Position numbers and translations under genes: made by a program | Assembly: GCA_050013195.1 (NCBI GenBank) | Contig: JBEKFS010000002.1 | Coordinates: 1-57,598 of the forward strand | Length of the DNA: 57,598 nucleotides | Origin: Terracidiphilus sp. | GTDB lineage: Bacteria > Acidobacteriota > Terriglobia > Terriglobales > Acidobacteriaceae | Direction of reading: 5' to 3' | Notes under the pieces: model-generated | Told to the model about the DNA's origin: nothing | Seen by the model: the letters and a program-made list of their open reading frames with translations, nothing else | The model's database searches: none | Shown here: positions 28,207-37,650 of the stretch, one piece after another | Numbering within the stretch: the first letter of the stretch is position 1 | How the letters are laid out: each line of letters opens with the position of its first letter

Positions 28207-28491
28207 ATGCCGATTCCCGCAACCACCAGCCTTAAGCTCGACTCTGAACTCAAGCAACGCGTACAGCAACTCGCCTCGGCACGCCGGCGGTCCGCGCACT
28301 GGATTATGCGCGAGGCCGTCGAGCAGTATGTAAGCCGCGAAGAGAAGCGAGAGCAATTCCGGCAGGATGCACTGGCAGCCTGGAATGACTATCAGGCAAA
28401 AGGCCTGCATGCAACCGCCGAGGAAGCCGACGCCTGGCTGGCCAAACTTGAAGCGGGTGAGAACGCAAAGGCGCCCCAATGCCACCTCTGA
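28207..28491 (+). CDS. CopG/RHH antitoxin
   Basis: TTSLKLD.ELK.RVQ.LA..RRRS.HWIMREAVEQY...WNDYQ..GLH. Confidence 0.9.
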   Translation: MPIPATTSLKLDSELKQRVQQLASARRRSAHWIMREAVEQYVSREEKREQFRQDALAAWNDYQAKGLHATAEEADAWLAKLEAGENAKAPQCHL

Positions 28492-28769
28492 AGTGGACTC
28501 CGCACAGTCTGTGGGATGTTACGCGTCTGCACGATTTTCTGGCTGCAGAAAGCCGTGACGCAGCCAGACGCGCCGTCAAAGCGATCCGGCAGGGCGTAAA
28601 GTTGCTTGCCAAATTTCCGGAGATGGGTCGCCCGGTAGAGGATTTGCCCACCGAGTTTCGCGAATGGGTGATCGAGTTTGGTAGCGGGGCGTATGTTGTC
28701 CTCTATCACTACAACGGCAAGGAAGTTGTCCTTCTAGCGGTGCGGCATGGGCGCGAGGCGGGATACTGA
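28479..28769 (+). CDS. RelE/ParE family toxin
   Basis: DV.RL.DFLA...AA.RA...I, FPEMGRP, FG.G.YV.LY and LAVRHGRE motifs. Confidence 0.9.
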   Translation: MPPLKWTPHSLWDVTRLHDFLAAESRDAARRAVKAIRQGVKLLAKFPEMGRPVEDLPTEFREWVIEFGSGAYVVLYHYNGKEVVLLAVRHGREAGY

Positions 28770-28910
28770 AGCGTATGAGGAATATGAGGAATGAGAAGGA
28801 TTGACCGTAATCGGTTCCGATCCGACAGCGTTCTCGACTTCCTGTGCGTTCGTGACAGAGATCCAGAATTCTTCACCTAAGATTCGGAAGAGACCCTAAG
28901 TTGACTTTAT

Positions 28911-28953
28911 TGTGATTTAAATCACCCCAAACGTACCCTAAACCCGGCATAAT
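28911..28953 (+). promoter_or_regulatory. Crp/Fnr-type site plus -10 element in front of hypC
   Basis: TGTGA-TTTAAA-TCACC (perfect core palindrome GTGATTTAAATCAC) and CATAAT at 28948-28953. Confidence 0.6.
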
Positions 28954-28962
28954 AGAGAGACC

Positions 28963-29295
28963 ATGTGTCTAGCGATTCCGGGAAAAGTCGAGGAAATTAC
29001 CACTGAGGGCGATCTCCGCATTGGGCGGGTGAACTTTGGCGGCATCGTCAAGCGCGTCTGCCTTGACTACGTGCCAGAGGTGCAGGTAGGCGACTATACC
29101 ATTGTCCACGTTGGCTTTGCGCTCTCCAAGATTGATGAGGAGACGGCCCTCCAAACTCTCGACGACTTCCGCCAGATGGGTATGCTGGACGAGGAGCTGG
29201 CCGGCGAGGAAGAGGCCTTTGCGCGGGCCGCGGCGGCGCCGCAGTCTCCCTGTCCGGATGGAAGCTGCTCAGTCGAATACGATAAAAAACTATAG
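28963..29295 (+). CDS. hypC: Hydrogenase chaperone HypC
   Basis: MCLAIPGK and VGDYTIVHVGFA motifs. Confidence 0.97.
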   Translation: MCLAIPGKVEEITTEGDLRIGRVNFGGIVKRVCLDYVPEVQVGDYTIVHVGFALSKIDEETALQTLDDFRQMGMLDEELAGEEEAFARAAAAPQSPCPDGSCSVEYDKKL

Positions 29296-29299
29296 ATAT

Positions 29300-29356
29300 T
29301 GGTATCCCACCTTAACCGATTCGCAAATAACGCGAATTGGCGAAGGTGGGGCACCC
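29300..29356. repeat. Family A-related REP-like hairpin between hypC and hypD
   Basis: tggtatCCCACCTT...AAGGTGGGgcaccc has the same ends as the family A elements. Confidence 0.7.
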
Positions 29357-29386
29357 GCTTTTGTAGGGATGGAGATGCTGTAACAA

Positions 29387-30529
29387 ATGAAGTACCTTAC
29401 CGAGTTCCGGAACGGCGAGATCGCTCAGCGCATGGCGCGGGAGATTCACTCTGTCGCTACGCGACCGTGGAAGATCATGGAAGTCTGCGGCGGGCAGACG
29501 CACTCGATAATCAAAAACGGAATCGACCAGATGCTGCCGGCAGGCATCGAGATGATTCACGGGCCCGGCTGCCCGGTCTGTGTGACGCCGCTGGAGCTAA
29601 TCGACAAGGCGCTGGCCATTGCCGCGCTGCCCGGCGTCATCTTCTGTTCTTTTGGAGATATGTTGCGCGTCCCCGGCACCGAGGGCGATTTATTTCAAGT
29701 GAAGGGCGCGGGCGGCGATGTGCGCGTGGTTTACTCGCCGCTCGACGCGGTTGAGCTGGCCGTCAAAAATCCTGATAAGCAGGTCGTCTTCTTTGGCGTA
29801 GGCTTTGAGACCACGGCTCCGGCGAATGCGATGAGTGTGCACGTCGCTAAGCGGCGCGGGTTGAAGAATTTTTCACTGCTGGTTTCGCATGTGCTGGTAC
29901 CGCCGGCGATTGAAGCCATCCTGAGCGCCCCAGATCGCAGGATTGATGGCTTTCTGCTGGCAGGCCACGTGTGCAGCGTGATGGGCTATTGGGAGTATCC
30001 GCCGCTTGCCGAAAAATACAAGGTCCCGATGGTGGTGACAGGCTTTGAGCCGCTGGATTTGCTGGATGGGATTCGGCGCTGCGTGATTCAGCTTGAGGCA
30101 GGGCGGCATGAGGTCGAAAACGCCTACGAGCGCATCGTCACCTTCGAGGGCAACAAGGCCGCGCAAAAGCTGCTGTCTGAAGTTTTTGAGGTCACCGACC
30201 GGGCCTGGCGCGGCATCGGCGTAATTCCAAAGAGCGGCTGGCGGCTCAGTGAGCCTTATCGCGCCTTCGACGCCGAGCTGCGGTTTCATATCTCAGGGAT
30301 TCACACCCAGGAGTCGCCCCTCTGCCGCTCCGGAGATGTGTTGCGCGGGGTGATCAAGCCGGCGGAGTGCGCTGCCTTCGGCAAGGAGTGCACGCCGCGT
30401 CATCCGCTCGGCGCGACCATGGTTTCGAGCGAAGGCGCCTGCGCGGCGTATTACAACTACGGACGGTTTTTGTCGGCGGAGGAGTTGGCTGGTGCGGGAC
30501 ATGGGTTGACGAAGGTGGCACATGGGTAA
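29387..30529 (+). CDS. hypD: Hydrogenase maturation protein HypD
   Basis: [23 protein letters not shown] and [15 protein letters not shown] motifs. Confidence 0.98.
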   Translation: MKYLTEFRNGEIAQRMAREIHSVATRPWKIMEVCGGQTHSIIKNGIDQMLPAGIEMIHGPGCPVCVTPLELIDKALAIAALPGVIFCSFGDMLRVPGTEGDLFQVKGAGGDVRVVYSPLDAVELAVKNPDKQVVFFGVGFETTAPANAMSVHVAKRRGLKNFSLLVSHVLVPPAIEAILSAPDRRIDGFLLAGHVCSVMGYWEYPPLAEKYKVPMVVTGFEPLDLLDGIRRCVIQLEAGRHEVENAYERIVTFEGNKAAQKLLSEVFEVTDRAWRGIGVIPKSGWRLSEPYRAFDAELRFHISGIHTQESPLCRSGDVLRGVIKPAECAAFGKECTPRHPLGATMVSSEGACAAYYNYGRFLSAEELAGAGHGLTKVAHG

Positions 30530-31631
30530 GATCTCCGTCGAACATACCTCAGGGGCTAAAGCCGTGGCCGACCATTCCACGCCGGATTTTACAAACTGGA
30601 GTTGCCCGCTGCCGCTAGCAGATTATCCGACCATCGTGATGGGCCACGGCGGCGGCGGCAAGCTGGGCAACGAGTTGGTGGAGCATTTGTTTCTGCCCGC
30701 CTTCCGCAATCCTGAGCTGGAAAATCTGGGCGACGCGGCTCTGTTCGACCTCGGCGGCGGCAGGCTGGCGATGAGTACCGATTCGTATGTAGTGCAGCCG
30801 CTCTTCTTTCCTGGCGGCTCCATTGGCGAGCTGGCGGTCAACGGAACGGTCAACGATCTGGCTGTCTCCGGCGCCGAGCCAAAGTTTTTGAGCGCCAGCT
30901 TCATCCTGGAAGAGGGCTTTCCGTTGGCGCAGTTGGCGGCGATTGTCGAGGCCATGGCCAAATCAGCGGCGACGGCAGGCGTGAAAATCGTCACCGGCGA
31001 CACCAAGGTTGTGGAGCGCGGCCACGGCGACGGCTGCTATATCAACACGGCGGGCATTGGCTTGCTGAGGCCCGGAATCACGGTCGGCCCGCACCGCGCC
31101 CAGCCCGGCGACGCGATTCTCATCTCCGGAACCATCGGCGACCACGGCATGGCTATCATGAGTGTGCGCGAGGGCCTGGAGTTTGAGAGCCAGATTCGCT
31201 CCGATTGCGCCGCGCTGAATGGGATGATCGCCGAAGCGCTTGCGGCCGCCGGCGCGTCGATCCACACCATGCGCGACCCTACCCGCGGCGGACTCGCCTC
31301 CACGCTCAATGAGATTGCCCAATCATCCGGCGTTGGCGTGGAGATCGACGAGCCCAGCCTGCCGGTGCGGCCCGAAGTGCAGTCGGCTTGCGAACTGCTC
31401 GGCCTCGATCCCGTCTATGTCGCCAATGAGGGCAAGGCGGTCTTCTTCGTCGCACCCCATGCAGCCGAGCAAATTCTCAAAATCCTGCGCGCGCATCCAC
31501 TGGGCCGCGACGCCGCGCGCATCGGCACGGTCACCGCCGAGCATAAGCGCATGTTGGTCGCCCGCACCTCCATGGGTTCCAATCGCGTGATTCCCATCCA
31601 AATTGGCGAGCAGTTGCCGCGCATCTGCTGA
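30522..31631 (+). CDS. hypE: Hydrogenase maturation protein HypE
   Basis: [30 protein letters not shown] and RDPTRGG motifs; C-terminal PRIC. Confidence 0.98.
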   Translation: MGKISVEHTSGAKAVADHSTPDFTNWSCPLPLADYPTIVMGHGGGGKLGNELVEHLFLPAFRNPELENLGDAALFDLGGGRLAMSTDSYVVQPLFFPGGSIGELAVNGTVNDLAVSGAEPKFLSASFILEEGFPLAQLAAIVEAMAKSAATAGVKIVTGDTKVVERGHGDGCYINTAGIGLLRPGITVGPHRAQPGDAILISGTIGDHGMAIMSVREGLEFESQIRSDCAALNGMIAEALAAAGASIHTMRDPTRGGLASTLNEIAQSSGVGVEIDEPSLPVRPEVQSACELLGLDPVYVANEGKAVFFVAPHAAEQILKILRAHPLGRDAARIGTVTAEHKRMLVARTSMGSNRVIPIQIGEQLPRIC

Positions 31632-31770
31632 GGGATTTCCTTAATCGAACTTAGCGTGACCAGAAAACTCCGGCGGAGTTAAGAACGGACTGTTGCAGTG
31701 TATGCACGGCAGCGATGACAGCCGCCGTAAACGTGCGCATAGATGGGGAAGCCGGGCGTAAAATGGCACC

Positions 31771-32688
31771 ATGAAAAAAGCTCTCATCATCACTTCTCTA
31801 TGCGTTTTGGGATTAAGCCTGGTGATCTTCTTCGCCATCAAGGAAATCTCGCACTACGCCAGAGTTAATGGCAATTTACGGTGGGGGCCGGAATCTCGCT
31901 TAGTGAAGGTTCTTTCAGTTGATGCTGTTCCCTTCAATGTCTTTTATGGCAGCGACGGTGGCGACTCCGGAAACCTGGGGACTGAGAATTCAGCTCATCA
32001 TTATTACAGAGCCAAAGCGCTTGATGTCGTTTCTGGAGCTAATCTCCGTTGGAAACTCAGCTGCGACCAGGAGATTAAACCGCCAGCAGCAATGACCTAT
32101 ACACCGTATGGGTATGCTTCCGGGCCCCGTCTGGAGATTCACGCTGTAGTCGGCGGCCCTTATCTCGACGAGCAACAAGCGGCTGCCAGCCGAGGCGGTA
32201 CAATTCCAGCCGATGAGATGATGATGCATAGTTCCTCGGCGTTAGCCGCAAGTTCCGCCCCCGATTCCGTATATGTGTTGCAGCGCGCATCGATCGTGGC
32301 CGGCAACGACTTCCGCACCGCCGATCCGGCCACTAATGCATATTCGGGCCAGAGGATGGTCGACTTCACACTGATCAATGACGCCGGCGACAAGTTCTAC
32401 GACTACACCAGCAAGAATGTTGGCCATAGCATGGCCGTGGTGATGGGAGGACGGATTCGCGAGGTAGCCGCCATCAGGGGCCCGATTCGCAATCGGGGCG
32501 AGATCGCTGGCAGCTTCACGCAGGATGAAGTAGCGGCGCTCTCAAAGATACTCCGCGCGGATGCTTTGGGAAAACATCGTGCTGACAATTATGGGTCTTT
32601 AGCCAGCAGAGATATTTACAACACTCAAAACAATTGCAGTGTTTCCGCCGACGACAGTTTTGATTTTCTTGATTGGATAACCCGATGA
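31771..32688 (+). CDS. Membrane-anchored protein containing a SecD P1/head domain but no SecD transmembrane core
   Basis: One N-terminal TM; RLEIHAVVGGPY...VDFTL...GDKFYDYTSKNVG..MAVV...REVA.I...I...GEI.GSF...E...LSKILR. Confidence 0.8.
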   Translation: MKKALIITSLCVLGLSLVIFFAIKEISHYARVNGNLRWGPESRLVKVLSVDAVPFNVFYGSDGGDSGNLGTENSAHHYYRAKALDVVSGANLRWKLSCDQEIKPPAAMTYTPYGYASGPRLEIHAVVGGPYLDEQQAAASRGGTIPADEMMMHSSSALAASSAPDSVYVLQRASIVAGNDFRTADPATNAYSGQRMVDFTLINDAGDKFYDYTSKNVGHSMAVVMGGRIREVAAIRGPIRNRGEIAGSFTQDEVAALSKILRADALGKHRADNYGSLASRDIYNTQNNCSVSADDSFDFLDWITR

Positions 32689-32703
32689 AGCGATGAAGTC
32701 GTT

Positions 32704-32868
32704 TTACCCGAGCATCTCAAGCGCCTGCCTTATCCGCTCCGTCAGCTCCGCCGGTACGCCGGTGAGCCAGGTGCTGAGTTCCAGCACGACGGCGGGCGGT
32801 GCAACGAGCGTGCTGAGAGCCATAACAGCGGGCAGCTAGTCGATGGCGCCGTCCCCGGGCCACGGAAA
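32704..32868 (-). pseudogene. 3' remnant of a sugar-phosphate isomerase/epimerase (xylose isomerase-like TIM barrel)
   Basis: Minus frame FPWPGDGAID*LPAVMALSTLVAPPAVVLELS...RIRQALEMLG* resembles the HLxPGxGxIDW...VLE motif, with TAG where Trp is expected. Confidence 0.55.
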
Positions 32869-33155
32869 ACCATATCTTGCGGATGACGGCGGGCGGAGGC
32901 AGCGGGCAAAATGGCAAGGTATGGGGCGGAACTCTCCCGTTTTGCATTTTTGATAAAACTGAATGTAATTTTGTTATCTTCAAAGCATCTTACTGAAATG
33001 TGAGCAAAAATGAACAGACCTGCCTGTCTAACCAGGAGATTTTATAGAAAACATGTGTATCTTTTTGCTCGAACCTGGGGTAAGAAAGACAGTGAGCTAC
33101 GGTTTCTCTCCGAAAAGATCCCCGGGCAAAACGCGGAAGGGGACAGATAGATCGA

Positions 33156-33812
33156 ATGGCGGATAAAACTCAAGCACGGTTTGATCCTGCTGCTTTCCTG
33201 GCTGAAGCCGGGCTGGGACGGAGGATTGTCCGTTTGAATCCCAGGGAGACTTTCTTCTCCCAGGGCGATGCGGCGGATTGTGTCTTCTATTTACAGAGTG
33301 GTCGCGTGAAACTCACGGTGATCTCGAAAGAGGGCAAAGAGGCAACCATCGCCCTGCTCACGGCTGGCGACTTTGTGGGCGAGGATTCGATGGCGGGAAC
33401 ACCAGGGTTGCGGATGGCGACAGCCACGGCCATCACCCAGTGTTCCGCGCTCAAGATTGAACGGGCGGAGATGATCCGCGTGATGCATGAAGAGCACACT
33501 TTCAGTGACCTGTTTCTAAAGTTTCTGCTGGAGCGCAGCATGAGAACCCAGGCGGACCTGGTTGATCAGCTCTTCAACTCCAGCGAGAAGCGGCTGGCGC
33601 GGATTCTGCTTTTGATGGCGGATTTCGGGCAGCCCGGCGAACCGGAGTCCCTGATTCCCAAGATTAGTCAGGAGACGCTGGCGGAGATGATCGGGACTAC
33701 GCGGTCGCGCGTCAGCTTCTTTATGAATCGCTTCCGGAAGCTGGGATTTATCGACTACAACGGCGGCATTAAAGTACACAAATCCCTATTGAATGTGGTC
33801 CTCCACGACTGA
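33156..33812 (+). CDS. Crp/Fnr family transcriptional regulator
   Basis: cNMP-type fold (QGD, G.VKL, GDFVGE); EKRLARILL; HTH SQETLAEMIGTTRSRVS. Confidence 0.95.
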   Translation: MADKTQARFDPAAFLAEAGLGRRIVRLNPRETFFSQGDAADCVFYLQSGRVKLTVISKEGKEATIALLTAGDFVGEDSMAGTPGLRMATATAITQCSALKIERAEMIRVMHEEHTFSDLFLKFLLERSMRTQADLVDQLFNSSEKRLARILLLMADFGQPGEPESLIPKISQETLAEMIGTTRSRVSFFMNRFRKLGFIDYNGGIKVHKSLLNVVLHD

Positions 33813-33871
33813 AATAGCCTTCCCCCGTCTCCTCCGACAAGCAGATAACATTCACAGAAGCTATAACAGCA

Positions 33872-33904
33872 AAACCTGCGGCCCTCGATGAGAGCCGCAG
33901 GTTT
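33872..33904. terminator. Hairpin/terminator after the Crp/Fnr gene
   Basis: AAACCTGCGGC-cctcgatgaga-GCCGCAGGTTT. Confidence 0.65.
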
Positions 33905-34327
33905 GCCGAGAGAAACAATGAATACAAGACTGGGGACTTGCTCGATGTGACTCAGCTAGCTCGCCAGGAACACCCTCGCATACATCGCGCGGACCCCGGC
34001 GAGGGGAGTTAGGATGTACCGTTGCGCGGTACAGCGGACAAGCCGCCATTTCGTTCCCTGCACATTCTCCTGTGGAATGTACAGGACCCGCACATTGTGG
34101 AGAGTAAATTCTTTTCCGGGGCGAAAGTGAGCAATTTTGCTCACTTTAAAAAATGTCCTTCTGCGAGGCCGATCCACCTTTCCGGTTGCAGATAATATCC
34201 TTCCCATGGCGCATAATCATCTTGGATGTAGAGATGTATAACCGGAAGGTGAGGGTCATATGTACTTAAATGCCAACAAAATGCCGTCTATTTTTATTAC
34301 CAGAAAGGCACTCCCCCCACCCCCCCC

Positions 34328-34346
34328 TATACCCCCTGGGGGTATA
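34328..34346. promoter_or_regulatory. Perfect palindrome resembling a CsoR/RcnR operator
   Basis: TATACCCCC-T-GGGGGTATA; no target gene is evident. Confidence 0.4.
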
Positions 34347-34790
34347 AATTTCCCTGAAAACCTTGCAGATTAATTCGCCTTCGGAAAAGAAAACGATGTC
34401 ACATATGTGAAGAATCCCCTTGTCTTTGCTGAACAAAACTCACTTTCAGGAAAAATCTTCGATGTGCGCGAAAACGCACACAATATACCGCAATGCAAGA
34501 AAGGGTCTGCCGTAAAAGAGCGGATTTCTGCCGAAAAAGGGGGGATTATGCATGAAAAATGGCCGAAAATGCCTGCAAAAAGGCCTGATTTTGCTGGATT
34601 CTCGCTCGGAAAACGTATCAAATCTGCCTCCTGAATCGCCTGAAAGTTGGGTGGAGCAAAAACGGCATCGGCTGCTGTTTCTATAAATAATTTTTTTAGA
34701 TCCATTTGCCCTGAGTTTCCTTCACCGCTGTGGCGATAAACCCTGCCGTGGCGTGCTAACCTTCCGGGTGGAGCAATATCGGGGGGATTC

Positions 34791-37640
34791 ATGCGTATTT
34801 CTTTGCCGCAACTGGCCGCCATCGGACTTGTTGTTGGATTCAGCATTTGTTTAAAGGCGCAATCGCCTGCGCCAGCGGGACAGGCCACAAAACCTTTGGC
34901 CGTGGCTGCATCTTCCCGGCCGGCGATACCTGCGCAGGCAATCGGGGAAGCCAACAATCCGGTGGCTGATCCCAAGGCCGTTGTCACCATGGGCCATGCG
35001 CGATTTACCGTGTTGACGCCGCAGCTGATCCGCATGGAGTGGGCGGCGGACGGGAAGTTTGAGGACCATGCTTCGTTTGTTTTTCTGAATCGTCGGCTGC
35101 CGGTGCCGAAGTTCGAGGTGAGCCGCACAAAGCTGAGCAGCGTTCATGTGCTTGAGATCAGGACTGAATCGCTGACGCTCAACTACGTTACAACTGAGGG
35201 CGAGACTCTGGAGCAGACTGCATTTGGACCGGATAATCTGCACCTGATGGTCAAACTGGGCGATGGCGGCCAGGCCACATGGAAACCCGGCCAGACCAAT
35301 CCCGAGAACCTGTTGGGTACCACACGCACGCTGGATGGCGCGTTGGGCTCGAAGACTGTTGAGCCGATCGGACAGGGCCTGATTTCGCGCTCTGGTTGGG
35401 CCGTGGTCGATGATTCCACGCGCCCACTCTTCGATTCGGCTGATTTCAGCTTCAGGCAGGGCGAAAAAAGTCCATGGCCATGGGTTCTGTCGCGACCCGC
35501 CGGAGAGCGCCAGGACTGGTACTTTTTCGGTTACGGCCACGACTACCGCAAGGCGCTGGGCGACTATGTGCGCGTTGCGGGACGCATCCCGCTGCCGCCG
35601 CGCTTTGCCTTCGGCGCATGGTGGTCGCGCTACTGGGATTACAGCGATCAGGAACTCGACGAGCTTGTACGCGGCTTCCACGAGAACGATGTGCCGCTGG
35701 ACGTCTTCGTCATCGACATGGGCTGGCACATCAGCAAAGAACAGCTTCTGGCTGCGGGCGAGACCGATCAGTCTGGTCATGATCTGGGATGGACCGGCTA
35801 CACCTGGAACAAGGTGCTGTTTCCGGACCCAGACGATTTTCTGGCCAGGCTGCACGCCGAGGGCCTGAAGACGACCCTCAATCTGCATCCGGCCTCGGGA
35901 GTGCAGCCCTGGGAGGCGGCCTATCCCGCCATGGCCAAAGCGATGGGCATCGATCCGGCGACGAAGAAATACGTGCCCTTCGACATCACCAACAAAAAGT
36001 TCGCAACCAATTACATGAACCTGCTGCATCATCCGCTGGAGCGGCAAGGCATCGACTTCTGGTGGTTGGACTGGCAGCAGGAGCAGCGTACCAATATTCC
36101 CGGCGTGATGCCTACCTGGTGGCTGAACTACGTGCACTTTACAGACCAGCAGCGCGAGGGCAAGCGGCCGCTGCTCTTCCATCGCTGGGGCGGGCTGGGC
36201 AATCACCGCTATCAGATTGGTTTCTCCGGCGACACCGTCTCGGTGTGGGATTCGCTGGCCTTTCAGCCGTGGTTTACAGCCACCGCGGCCAATGTGGGCT
36301 ACGCTTACTGGAGCCACGACATCGGCGGGCACATGCCCGGAGCCGTGGAGCCGGAACTCTTCACGCGCTGGGTGCAGTTTGGCGCCTTCAGCCCCATTCT
36401 GCGCACTCACACCACCAAGAATCCTGAAACCGAGCGCCGCATCTGGGCATATCCGGAGCCGTACTCGTCGATTCTGCGCTCCACCTTCCAGCTTCGCTAC
36501 GCGCTGGAGCCTTATCTCTACACCGAGGCGCGCCGCACCTACGACACTGGCGTAGCCTTTTTCCGGCCGCTCTACTACGACTGGCCGCAGGAGGCTGCCG
36601 CCTATACGAGCAGGGGCGAATATATCTTCGGCGACCAGATGCTGGTGGCCCCGGTCACCGCTCCCGCCGACAAGGGAAGCAGCCTGGCCGCGGAAACCGT
36701 GTGGCTGCCCGAAGGCAAATGGATCGAATGGCCGACGGGCGAGCACATCACTGGGCCCATAACCGCCGAGCGTCATTTTTCCATCGAGCAAACTCCCGTC
36801 TACCTCCGCGAAGGCGCCATCATTCCCATGCAGCCGCCCATGCGTTTCACCGGCGAAAAGCCTGTAGACCCGCTGATCGTGAACGTGTGGCCTCTCGCGC
36901 CAGGGACGAATTCGAGCTATTCGGTCTATGAGGACTCCGGCGTCTCAGTCGACTACCAGCGCGGCGTCTTTGCCCGCACGCCAATTAAAGCTACGCAAAC
37001 CGGCGACACATTACGAGTTGAAATCGGTCCGGTTCAGGGCGGCTATCCAAAAATGCCGCTCTCTCGCGGCTTCGAGCTTCGCCTGCCCGCCGACTGGCCG
37101 CCTGCCTCAGTCACTGTCAACGGCGTTGCAGTCAAGCGCGCCAGTCCAACGGGCAAAGGCGGATGGTCCTACGAGGGCAACACGCTGACCACCATCATTC
37201 CCATAACTTCCACCAGCGTTGCAGCCAAGGTGACGGTCGAGGTGCGCCGCGCCGCCGGCCTCACAGCGCGCCGTAGCGAGTTGGACGGATTTGCCGGTGC
37301 CATGACTCGGCTACGCGGCGCTTATGACGCTATGAACCAGACCTGGCCGGTCTCCGATCCGCCGGACGTGCTCACTGACGCCATGCAGGCCGGCGACCGC
37401 CTCAGTTACTACCCTGAAAATGCGCAGCAAGAGATAGCCCGCTTCCACGATTTGCTGCCCAAAGCGCAGGAGGCTGTTTTCGGTATCCGCGCAACCTTTG
37501 TACCACGCATGGAGGCGTACGCCAAGCGGGTGATGAGCGGCAATATGCAGTTAGCGGTCAAGGACCTGGAAGTGCAGAAGCAGCGCCGCCTGGACGCTTT
37601 GGCCCGAGCCGAACAGCTGGTCATGGAGGCTGCCAAATAA
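34791..37640 (+). CDS. Secreted glycoside hydrolase family 31
   Basis: Signal peptide; IDMGWH, FWWLDWQQ, IGFSGD, WSHDIGG and RWVQFG.FSPI.RTH motifs. Confidence 0.93.
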   Translation: MRISLPQLAAIGLVVGFSICLKAQSPAPAGQATKPLAVAASSRPAIPAQAIGEANNPVADPKAVVTMGHARFTVLTPQLIRMEWAADGKFEDHASFVFLNRRLPVPKFEVSRTKLSSVHVLEIRTESLTLNYVTTEGETLEQTAFGPDNLHLMVKLGDGGQATWKPGQTNPENLLGTTRTLDGALGSKTVEPIGQGLISRSGWAVVDDSTRPLFDSADFSFRQGEKSPWPWVLSRPAGERQDWYFFGYGHDYRKALGDYVRVAGRIPLPPRFAFGAWWSRYWDYSDQELDELVRGFHENDVPLDVFVIDMGWHISKEQLLAAGETDQSGHDLGWTGYTWNKVLFPDPDDFLARLHAEGLKTTLNLHPASGVQPWEAAYPAMAKAMGIDPATKKYVPFDITNKKFATNYMNLLHHPLERQGIDFWWLDWQQEQRTNIPGVMPTWWLNYVHFTDQQREGKRPLLFHRWGGLGNHRYQIGFSGDTVSVWDSLAFQPWFTATAANVGYAYWSHDIGGHMPGAVEPELFTRWVQFGAFSPILRTHTTKNPETERRIWAYPEPYSSILRSTFQLRYALEPYLYTEARRTYDTGVAFFRPLYYDWPQEAAAYTSRGEYIFGDQMLVAPVTAPADKGSSLAAETVWLPEGKWIEWPTGEHITGPITAERHFSIEQTPVYLREGAIIPMQPPMRFTGEKPVDPLIVNVWPLAPGTNSSYSVYEDSGVSVDYQRGVFARTPIKATQTGDTLRVEIGPVQGGYPKMPLSRGFELRLPADWPPASVTVNGVAVKRASPTGKGGWSYEGNTLTTIIPITSTSVAAKVTVEVRRAAGLTARRSELDGFAGAMTRLRGAYDAMNQTWPVSDPPDVLTDAMQAGDRLSYYPENAQQEIARFHDLLPKAQEAVFGIRATFVPRMEAYAKRVMSGNMQLAVKDLEVQKQRRLDALARAEQLVMEAAK

Positions 37641-37650
37641 ACGCTTCTGA

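Noticed and set aside
33956-34207. 83-aa minus ORF in the gap after crp
   Set aside because: No clear SD or motif, and it crosses the palindromic sites; not supportable as a CDS from sequence alone.
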